DNA of 20,000 nt, from NCBI GenBank assembly GCA_030167865.1, contig JALAGF010004276.1, positions 50,685 through 70,684 of the forward strand, read 5' to 3'. Below are positions 9,701 to 18,465 of the stretch, in pieces. The notes beneath the pieces are model-generated. The model saw only the letters and a list, made by a program, of their open reading frames with translations. It was not told where the DNA came from and did not search any database. Position 1 is the stretch's first letter. Every line of letters begins with the position of its first letter. The DNA comes from Craspedostauros australis (taxonomy: Eukaryota). A program made the position numbers and the translations under genes.

Positions 9701-10816
9701 ATGTCCTACAGATTCACCGTCCCTTTCAGCTACCGCTCGAACGGCGCTGCTGCTCCCGCTCCTGTCAACATGACGCAGCCACTACTCAACTGGCGCATGA
9801 ACCCCGACCAAAGCTACAGCGATTGGACGCTCTATGTCACGGTCCGGGAGACCGGCATCACGTCGACCTACCACCTTCACAAGTGCATCGTCGGAGCGGG
9901 TCCGCGCAAGAGCGACTTTCTCATCTCCTGCTTCCAAGCGCAAGAGGAGATGGATGATGACGAATCGTCGTCTCCACCCAAACGGAAGACCAGACGCGAT
10001 GCCACGCGCGGGGACAATCACGCGGTCTCACCGAACAACGCAGTTGACAATGCATCAGCTGACACGGTGGCGAAAACCGTCACGGCCGACGACAATGAGG
10101 ACGCGATGGAAGTGACCAAAACTGAGGAAACCGACGCCGTTCCATCATCATCATCAACAGCCAACGAAAGTGATGCGAAGCTTCCTCTCCCCGCCGCGAA
10201 AGTGTTGCCATTGGTGGAGTCGGTCCGGCAGAATGACGACGGCTACCACCGCGTCACCGAGTCCACCGACTCGGCCTTCGCCTCCGCAGATCAGCGCGAT
10301 ACGACCCACGTCACCCTCGGCTTCGACGCGGCGCAGGCTCTCCCGTTGCTCCTCGACTTCATCTACCCGGAGGTCAAGTTCGCCATGGATCAGGACAACC
10401 TCACCGTCACCACCGCCATCCAACTCCACAACGTGGCAGACTTCTTCCAGGTCGAGGGCCTCATCGATCCCATCAAGAACTTCCTGCGCCGCAAACTAGA
10501 ATGGTCCAACCTCGTCGACTACGTCCACGCCACGCGCGATCACGAGCGTTTCACCCAATGCTACAACTTCATCGCCACGGACATTGCGGCACGTGAGTTT
10601 TCCAGCAACTTTGGAGAAAACAGCGAGGAGTACTACCAGCGCTACACGCAGAACGTCCCCGATTTCCTCTCGCTTGCCTACGACGTCATCACCGGCAAGG
10701 GCCACGATTTGCGTTACGAGCTGAACTGCTACTGGGGTGAGCAGGAGGCAGGTACGGGCAACAACAACAACAATCAGGACGACGTGGTTGTTGACGACGA
10801 CGATGATGACTACTAA
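9701..10816 (+). CDS. BTB/POZ-domain protein (diatom-type), ~371 aa, BTB interrupted by an acidic low-complexity insert
   Basis: LNWRMNPDQSYSDWTLYV...TYHLHKCIVGAGPRKSDFL matches the BTB N-half (SD..l.v...hvHk.il...S.yF). TTHVTLGFDAAQALPLLLDFIY...AIQLHNVADFFQVEGL matches the C-half (f..lldfiY...l...Adyf.v..L). The start is uncertain (ATG 9701 or 9770; 9530 is a GTG). Confidence 0.85.
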   Translation: MSYRFTVPFSYRSNGAAAPAPVNMTQPLLNWRMNPDQSYSDWTLYVTVRETGITSTYHLHKCIVGAGPRKSDFLISCFQAQEEMDDDESSSPPKRKTRRDATRGDNHAVSPNNAVDNASADTVAKTVTADDNEDAMEVTKTEETDAVPSSSSTANESDAKLPLPAAKVLPLVESVRQNDDGYHRVTESTDSAFASADQRDTTHVTLGFDAAQALPLLLDFIYPEVKFAMDQDNLTVTTAIQLHNVADFFQVEGLIDPIKNFLRRKLEWSNLVDYVHATRDHERFTQCYNFIATDIAAREFSSNFGENSEEYYQRYTQNVPDFLSLAYDVITGKGHDLRYELNCYWGEQEAGTGNNNNNQDDVVVDDDDDDY

Positions 10817-11224
10817 ATCAATCGCAGCTCAGTCTTCTCCAACCTCCATCCGACGAAGAGTTCGGTCGGTGTACTTGATACGAGCATGTACATTCAGCCG
10901 ACAAGACCACTACTCCGAAAAGGATACAACATACTTGTGCGCACGCACACGCATCTACCAAATTAAGCACACCATGAGTAGAGTAGAAAGAGAGCATACT
11001 CTAAGTACTCTATTCAAATAACAGAACCACTTTACCCAAGAACAACATGTCTGATCACTGGATGCCCGTAGTCATTAGGTCCTTCGCTGCTGGACTTCAT
11101 GCTTATGCGGACAATGATGCAACGTGACGCAATCCAAGTGGAGTACGAATACATCGTCGTGCTATACGTACGTGTAGAATTGGATTTGTATAGTACCACA
11201 CCATACTTTTTAGCTTACAATGCT

Positions 11225-14200
11225 CTACGAGATGTTAGCATCCTTCAACGACTTTGGTTTGACGGGACCAGCGGATGTCAGCAATCGACAGGCGGTGCCG
11301 TCCTCGGCAACCCAAGTGGCTTCTCCGTCCGCATTCGCCCTCAGCGCTGCCTTCACCCGATCAAAGGCCTTCAAGGCACCCTTCGATTTCATCATCGGAT
11401 CTGGATCCGTCGGGTCTTTGCCTTCCACATTCAGCAATTCACCGTTTGGCACATCCGTTGGCACCTTCAGCAGCTCCACCGTCTCACCTTCCTCCTTGCC
11501 ATCAGTCGCGGCAAGCAGCATGGCGGAGCTTTCGATGCCCCGCATCTTCGATGGCTTCAGATTGGTCACGGCGACGATCTTCGCACCGACCAGCTCCTCG
11601 ATGGGAATCAATCCGGCGAGACCGGCAACCACCGTGCGTGGTTCCGGCGTCGTGCCATCCTCACCGACGTCTCCGCAATCCACCTTGCAGACAAGGAGGC
11701 TGTCGGCGTCGGGATGCTGCTCGGCCTCCAGGATCGTCGCGGCGCGCAGTGCCACGCGCAGGACGTCTTCGGCTGGCTTGGCATTGTTGTTGCCGCCGCC
11801 GCCCTTCTTCCTCTGCTGCTGTTGCTGTTGATGTTGCTTTTGTTTCTGTTTGCCACCCTTCTTGTTGTTGTTGTTGCCGTTGTTTCCACCGGCAGCTCCC
11901 CACGTATCTCTCAACGTCACGACTCTGTTGAAGACAAGATTGTCATCGCCCGTGGTGTCCTTGTCGACGGCGAAGTATCCGCTGCGTTCGAACTGGTACG
12001 CCAAAGAACCTGGGTAGATTATATCTCCACCATCGTCCTTGGTCTTGCTGACTTGTTCCAACAGTCCCTCAACATCCTTCGCCACACTGGGTTCCACCAT
12101 AACGTTCTTGAGCACTTGTAACGAATCCGGGTTGAGATCCTTCAGGAAGTCCCCACTCTCCTTCCCAGGTTCCTCCGTGGTGAACAAGCGATCGTACTGA
12201 TTGACTTGACACGTCACGCCAGTCGACGCCTCCACCCAATGGATAATTCCCTTGACGCGCTTCATGCCCTCGGGTGTGACACCAGCGCGTGTATCGGGAT
12301 AATACGTGCATTTCAATTCGATGGGTTCCTCCGTTTCTGGATCTCTCACGATCTCATCGCATCGAATGACATACGCATACCTCAAACGGACTTGCTGATT
12401 GGGCAGCAGACGCTTGAAGCCCTTTGGTGGCTGACCTTCGGTGGCCTTGCCTTCTGGGCCCTCCGTGTCGAAGAAGTCCGATCGTTCAATGAAGACCTCC
12501 TTGCCGAATGGAATGACACGTTCGCCCATCTCATCCTTCTTGGGATGGCATGGAACAGTGAAGTCCTCGAGGCCGTCTGCGTTGTTTTGCAAGTTGGTTT
12601 GGCAGTGAGTCGGTTAGGTGAAGTTGGGTAAGAATATGCGTTTGCATTAAACATGGGTGGATGACATGCCGTTGGAGTAGTGCCATACCAGCTCCGCGCA
12701 GAAACGCACAACACATGCGTTCGAGTGTATTGTGAACTGACTATCGTCATCGTCGTCGTCATTGCCGTCGCCATCGTCGTTATCGATGTCATCGAAAGCA
12801 AGCAATGCAGTAAACATCGCAGCAGCAGAACGCAGATGCCAACGAATATCCAATGTAGCATCCAACAACGACTCTCACCTTGATCCCAATTCGTAATGGT
12901 AACCTTCAACGGTTTCAGCACGCAAAATGCACGCTTGCAGGCATCGTCCATCTCCAACCGCACGCAGTCCTCCAAATTGGAAAAGGCAATATTCGAATCG
13001 GTCTTGGAGATGCCAACACGTTCGCAGAACAATCGCAGGGCCGACGGCGGCACACCGCGACGGCGCATTCCCGACAAGGTCGGCATGCGTGGGTCGTCCC
13101 ATCCGCTGACGTGCTTCTGTTCGACGAGCTGAATGAGCTTACGCTTCGATAGCACGGTGCTTTGGATGTTGAGACGGCTGAATTCGATCTGCTGTGGTTT
13201 GGCGCCGATGAGTCCTGTGGGCAGGAGCTTGTCGACGGTCCAATCGTAGAAGGGTCTGTGATCTTCGAACTCCAGCGTGCACAGGGAATGGGTGATGCTC
13301 TCCAGCGCATCCGAGATGGGGTGGGAGAAGTCGTACATGGGGTAGATGCACCACTTGTCGCCAGTCGATTGGTGAGATTCGTGCTTGATGCGGTACAGCG
13401 TTGGATCTCTCATGTTGATGTTGGGTGACGCCATATCGATCTTTGCACGCAGCACATGCTCTCCTTCCTTGCAATCTCCGTCTTTCATCTGGGTTGAGAT
13501 GTGGATCGTTCATGGCGGATTCAATAGCAGAAGAGTGAGTGCGGTACGAGAAGGCACATAGGTTTCGCGTGTGCGTGGATGCGTAGATGCATGCATGCAT
13601 GACTTTCAATCGCTCACACTCCAAGTGATCGCCTTCGAAGCCGCCGATATTTCCACCCCATCACCTGGACATTATCTGCCGCCACCTGATATCATGATGT
13701 CATGCAAATACCCGACGACGCACAAAGGAATGAATCCGACATACTCGTACCTTCTGGAACAATTCAAGATTCTCTTCGATACTGCGAGTGCGATACGGTG
13801 ACTCCTTGCCCGGCTCGGTCAACGACCCACGGTACTCTCGCATTTCCTCGGCCGTCAAAGATTCCACGTACGCATCACCTGACTTGATCAGCGCCACAGC
13901 GCAATCGTAAATGGTGCCGAAGTTATCCGACGTGTACCGCACGGAACCCTCCCATGGATCCGCAGCTTGATGCAAACCCGATTGAATCCAGCGCACGTCT
14001 TCCAAAATGGATTGCACGTACTCCTCATCCTCCTTGGTGGGATTGGTATCGTCCATGCGCATGTTGCAATTGCCACCGAACATGCGGGCGACGGCGAAAT
14101 TGAAGCTAACCGCCTTGGCGTGTCCCAGATGCAAGTAGCCATTGGGTTCGGGCGGGAAGCGCGTGGTGATGGTGCCGTCGAACTCCTTGGCAGTGGTGGT

Positions 14201-14356
14201 GTCATCGTTGGCGTCGTCGGTTTGAGCGATGGTCGGCACGATGCCGGTCTCCTCCTGGATGATCTTGGTGATGAAGTTGGGCGCGTATGCGAATCCGGAC
14301 GCTTGCTGGGCCAGGCAGAGCCAGGCGAACGCGGCGCTGGCAGTGACGATCTTCAT
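11225..14356 (-). CDS. glnS: Glutaminyl-tRNA synthetase (GlnRS) with N-terminal signal peptide and C-terminal EMAPII/Trbp111-like tRNA-binding domain; 3 exons, ~855 aa
   Basis: Exons 14356-13751, 13488-12879 and 12576-11225 join in frame (606+610+1352=2568 nt). Motifs: [23 protein letters not shown] (HIGH), [39 protein letters not shown] (KMSKS equivalent), [26 protein letters not shown] and [11 protein letters not shown], all typical of GlnRS. The C-terminal HPDADSL...RTVVAGL...[19 protein letters not shown] is an OB-fold tRNA-binding domain. Confidence 0.95.
12577..12878 (-). other. Spliceosomal intron 2 of GlnRS (302 nt, phase 1)
   Basis: On the minus strand: G|gtgaga donor, CCTAAC branch-like motif near 12613-12618 and cag acceptor. 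The join gives [18 protein letters not shown]. Confidence 0.85.
13489..13750 (-). other. Spliceosomal intron 1 of GlnRS (262 nt, phase 0)
   Basis: On the minus strand: AAG|gtacga donor and ccag|ATG acceptor. The join gives [26 protein letters not shown], collinear with the conserved 'LF..M..G....G...LRAKIDM'. Confidence 0.9.
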
Positions 14357-14522
14357 TGTGGATGGAGGATCTTTTTCGTTTTCGAGGGGAGGCAACAGTT
14401 GTGTGGTTCTGTGGTGCTCTGGAGTATTCTGATGAGTATGCAATCAAGAGCTTGTGGTGGAAGTTGATGTTGTGTGTTGGGATTGGATGGAATGACGCCT
14501 CGAACAATGGACTCTGCAGTCA

Positions 14523-14615
14523 AATCAAGTTAAGTCAGCTCAACCTAACTCAACCTAACTTAACCTTACTCAACTCAACTCAACTCAACTCAGCCAAACC
14601 AAGGCCAAGTCAAGG
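14523..14615. repeat. Degenerate 5-bp-period tandem repeat (CTCAA/CCTAA/CTTAA variants)
   Basis: ...agtcagctcaacctaactcaacctaacttaaccttactcaactcaactcaactcaactcagccaaaccaaggccaagtcaagg, about 170-260 nt upstream of the GlnRS start. Confidence 0.85.
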
Positions 14616-15566
14616 TATAATAGCTTGGAAGAAAAGATCGGGTTGATGAATGAGCGCGATCGGCAGTTGCTTCGATTGTGTCAGTGATCAGAACTTTGTT
14701 CTGCCGAACAGAATCGGAACAATGATACTCTCTTGTCGACGAAGGAAAGGAACGCACAACGAGTGATTCTGATGGCACATGCGTTTGCGTCTCAGAAACG
14801 ATGGCGATGATGATGATGATGATGTGGTCGCGCTGATGTCGGTGGCTGACTGTGTGCGATGTCGGATGCTCTGTCCCTCTTGCGAATGCACAACACATCA
14901 ATTCCAACCAAACAAATCCAAACGTCAACAGACACCAACGCAAAGCACACAAAACGGATCCACTTTTTGTCTGCACCATGCTTGTGCACCACTGGCATCA
15001 CCCAGCAGAGTGACGTGTTTGTGCGACACAAAGGATCAAAGTCGAGAATGCGATGTATTTCCATTCGTGGATGTTCCATTCGATCCCTCCGTGTTTCAAA
15101 ATGTCTGAATTTGACGCCTCCTTGCGTCCGCGACAAAAAAACGGTCCCATCAAATGACAAAGCCAACCACATGGAAGTCACATCCGATGCAACACCAACG
15201 CAACTGAACACGGTTGAGCACTCCATAGATCATGCCACAGTGCAACACAATCCCTAACCCATCCCACTTCATACCATCTTGCTCGCACTCGTACTTTCGA
15301 TCTTGCATCACCAAACATCCCATCACGCAGCGTTCCCACAACGATGGTCCTGCCGTGCAAGACTCATCCTGAGCTTTGTTTCCCGGCGCGCTCTTGCGAC
15401 CACAACCGTGCCGATTGAGCGACGCTACTTCTCATCATTTGTTGCCTTTCCCATTCCACCGCAAAGCAAGCTGGGCTGCGATAAATCGTCGAAACAACCA
15501 TCGCACATACCCAAAATCCATTGGCGTTCACTTCCCAAACGCCGACATCTGAACAGGGCCACCACG

Positions 15567-17152
15567 ATGATGAGACTCGACCAGCAACGCCTCTTGATGT
15601 GCCACCGGCGATTTCGGATCGCCAACGTCCTCTGCCTCATCGGTGTGGCGGTCACGCTGCTGTGGGCTGCTAATCTGTTCATCATGAATGAACTCAGCGA
15701 GATGCATGCCAGCCAGTACCGCAACAGAGGGTTGATGCCGACAATGCCATTGCGCGAAGGTGGGCGGGTGATACTCAACACAACGGCAAGCGCATCTTTG
15801 GAGCAGCAGAAACTGACGATATCGCTCCCGAGATTTCATTTCGAATCGTCGGCACTGCCATCATCACTATCATCGACATCGTCAGTTCCAGAGTCACCGT
15901 CACGAGAGACTGAAAACGTTCACGCAAATGCACCGTACCAGCACCAGCAGCAACAGCAACAGAGCTCGCACAACAACGGCAGCGAATCGAGCATTACGCA
16001 GGTCATTCTCGACAGTCAGCAGAACAAGCCATCCAACATCTTGCACATCGTCACCACACGGTTCATGCAATTCCAGCCCCATCTCCTGCATCTGGGCGTG
16101 GCGAGACTGTGGCTGTTCGAGACGTTCTGCTTGCCACCCATGATCCATCAGCTGGAAAAAGATTTCGTGTGGGCCATCCTCGTCGATCCCGACCTGCCCG
16201 ACATCCTCCTGCAGCACATGATGCAGCTGCTGCGACCCTACCCCAACTTCTACCTGATCCGCAGCAACAGCGCACGATTTACCATGGACGATCTGACGGC
16301 CACGCCGGTACGGACGGGCAACATCACGCACCTTCAGGAAATGCTGACCGATCCCCGACGCAACCTGGTGCTGCAAACACGCGTCGATGCCGACGACGGC
16401 ATTCACCGTAAGACCATCTGGGCATTGCAAAACAAGGCGCGGCAGCTCATGCACGTGAACGCGGCCGGTTGGAAGATCATCTGCGCCAAATTGAACTACG
16501 AGTGGCGCAACATGAACATCATGCAAAGCACGTTGGCGTCAGAGAAGGTGGGATCGGGGAAACTCCGGATCGTGCAAGAACAGATTTGCATCACGCCGGG
16601 ATTGACGATGGCGTACGCGCGCAACACGACCGCCGACAATGCGCAGCCGCTGTTGATTCCGCCGCCCGTGCAGCACCAGCTGATCAATCGCAAATGGTCA
16701 CCCTGCAAAGATCCGCCGCATGCCTCCTCCGCCAACTGCTGGACGAGATTGCCCGGCTTCCCGGCCGCCATCCGTTCCCGCACCATCACAAGCGCCGGCA
16801 TGAGCCGCATCAACGCCGAACCGAAACACGACAACTCCACGGACACCCTGTGGAGACTCCTGAGTCGCGACTACCACATCCCGCGCGATCACGCTCAGCA
16901 AACGTCGGGCTATTTGCACGATCATTTGCAAGACATTGTGAAAGACAATTTGGATGGGCAGTGGTACGTCTTTGTGGAGCGTTGTCATTGTATGATTGTT
17001 GCACTGGTTTCTAATCGGCTTTACTTGACTCACTTTGTATCTTTCGTATCCACAGCTCACATGGCCACAGTTGCAAGAAAAGCAGCAAGAAGAAGTTGGA
17101 ATCGGTGCTGGATCAGACCTGGAATGATACGAGGGTGTTGTGGCAGCCGTAA
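15567..17152 (+). CDS. Putative glycosyltransferase (resembles the 'putative rhamnosyl transferase' GT-A-like family), type II membrane protein; 2 exons, ~497 aa
   Basis: Exons 15567-16963 and 17056-17152 (1397+97=1494 nt). A basic N-tail (HRRFR) precedes a TM helix (IANVLCLIGVAVTLLWAANLFIM) and an S/Q-rich stem. The catalytic-like domain has HIVTTRF...RLWLFETFCLP.MI.Q...DFVW...VDP.LP and a DxD-type TRVDADD. The spliced C-terminus reads NLDGQCSHGHSCKKSSK. Confidence 0.75.
16964..17055 (+). other. Spliceosomal intron of the putative glycosyltransferase (92 nt, phase 2)
   Basis: TG|gtacgt donor, T-rich interior with ctaat/ctcac branch-like motifs and cacag|C acceptor. Splicing creates the Cys of GQC..GHSCK. 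Confidence 0.8.
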
Positions 17153-17407
17153 ATAATAATAGAATAGAGCAGCATGTATTGTACGGGGATAGGCCTTTAT
17201 GTACGTGACATGACTCAAACAGCAAACAGCGAAAACGCCGAAAATCCAACACAGAGTGGCCTGAATGGCTGGCTCTGCTTCAACAAGGGAAGTTTGGCGC
17301 AAGCGCAGAGCCCAAACACAACACACCAAACTGGGATGAATCAAGTTGATTCGATCACTTCACTTCACGCAGCTCGCCAAATAGCCTCGCTCACCTCCGC
17401 ATCCACA

Positions 17408-18409
17408 ATGAAACGCCGACTTGGAGAGGCGCCATCGCAACAGCGTTCGAATGCTGCACCAGCAGAGTGCAAGCGCGATCGCAGGCAAGGCGAAGGATCG
17501 ACAGCGGCGAGCGAAGGCCATGACAAGGAGAACGCCAGCGACGACGCCTTCCTGTGGACGGAGCAGTTCCATAGGCACTTCGCGAGCGCCATCTACGAGA
17601 TCGGCGTGGCCAATTCGTCGCCGGCCGTCATCCACGAGAACATGATGCAGCGCGACAACGCCAACATCACCAGCGAGCGCATCAAGAGCAAGCTGCAGAA
17701 GTATCGCAACAACAAGCAGAAGTCGAAGCAGACCTTCCTGGAGGAGTACGACACCTTCCTGCAGAAGGCCAGCGCCATCGAGATGGCGGCCGCGACGAAC
17801 CAGAATGCCATGCTGCCGCCGTCCGTCGTGCTCGAGATGATGGGCAACGCGCAGAAGCAGCGCCCGTTGGTGGGTGGCGACGTGGCGGCGTATTTGAGTT
17901 ACTGCGTCATGAAGGACGAGCAGCGCAACAAGGCAGCGCGCAGTGCCGCCGTGCCCGCGGATCATTGCGCGGCAGAGGAGTTGTTGCCGACCAAGCGCCA
18001 TCTCAAACGCGGCGCGATGGATTACATGGAGAAGTTTTCGGGCACCGGCATTTCGTTTCCGCAGCTGACGGATCAGGAGAAGGACACGTCTCTGGGCGTC
18101 TCCATCACATTCGTCATGGGCCTGTTCCTCTCCATGACGCAGCATCTGGTGCAGGAGCGTGGGGATGAGGAACAGCCTGGAGATCCCGATGGCAGCGGGC
18201 ATGCGAGTATTGGGGAGCATGAGGATGGACAGGGAATGGATCAGACGACGAATGCTGCCGACGGTAAGGCACCATCAGCAGCCGTTCGGCGAGTGCGTGT
18301 GCGTGGTGCGGACAGGGTTAATGCCATGCAGCAAGGCCGCCCGCAGGAGGTCGCTGGCGATCCGCCTCCGCTCCCCAGAATGGTAGAGGAAGAGGATGTG
18401 GCGAAATAG
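17408..18409 (+). CDS. Myb-like GARP/SHAQKYF-class transcription factor, 333 aa
   Basis: FLWTEQFHRHFASAIYEIG...SP..I...M......ITSERIKSKLQKYR (17549-17707) matches the GARP signature W(T)..LH..F..A...LG...A.P..I...M....LT...V.SHLQKYR. ATG 17408 (acaATG, MKRR) is preferred over 17174, which lies only 22 nt after the upstream stop. Confidence 0.85.
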   Translation: MKRRLGEAPSQQRSNAAPAECKRDRRQGEGSTAASEGHDKENASDDAFLWTEQFHRHFASAIYEIGVANSSPAVIHENMMQRDNANITSERIKSKLQKYRNNKQKSKQTFLEEYDTFLQKASAIEMAAATNQNAMLPPSVVLEMMGNAQKQRPLVGGDVAAYLSYCVMKDEQRNKAARSAAVPADHCAAEELLPTKRHLKRGAMDYMEKFSGTGISFPQLTDQEKDTSLGVSITFVMGLFLSMTQHLVQERGDEEQPGDPDGSGHASIGEHEDGQGMDQTTNAADGKAPSAAVRRVRVRGADRVNAMQQGRPQEVAGDPPPLPRMVEEEDVAK

Positions 18410-18440
18410 AATAGAGTAGAGAACTCAACTATTCTAGATT

Positions 18441-18465
18441 AGAGAGAGAAAGAGAGAGAGGAGAG
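18441..18465. repeat. (AG)n microsatellite
   Basis: agagagagaaagagagagaggagag, just downstream of the Myb stop codon. Confidence 0.8.

Noticed and set aside
11099-12121. 340-aa + strand ORF overlapping GlnRS; likewise 17360-18220 (-), 15900-16526 (-), 3328-4011 (-) and 1668-2375 (-)
   Set aside because: These are antisense shadows of real genes with biased codon usage and carry no independent motifs.
15279-15566. 96-codon upstream extension of the glycosyltransferase ORF (similarly 8005-8262, 9530-9700 and 14357-14443)
   Set aside because: These begin at non-ATG codons used by the ORF caller and have UTR-like composition. The downstream ATGs give sensible N-termini.
1327-18409. The seven genes as a functional cluster (chromatin/ubiquitin/transcription or plastid module)
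   Set aside because: Functions and orientations are mixed, and the short 200-400 nt gaps are normal for a compact algal genome. Nothing in the sequence indicates co-regulation.
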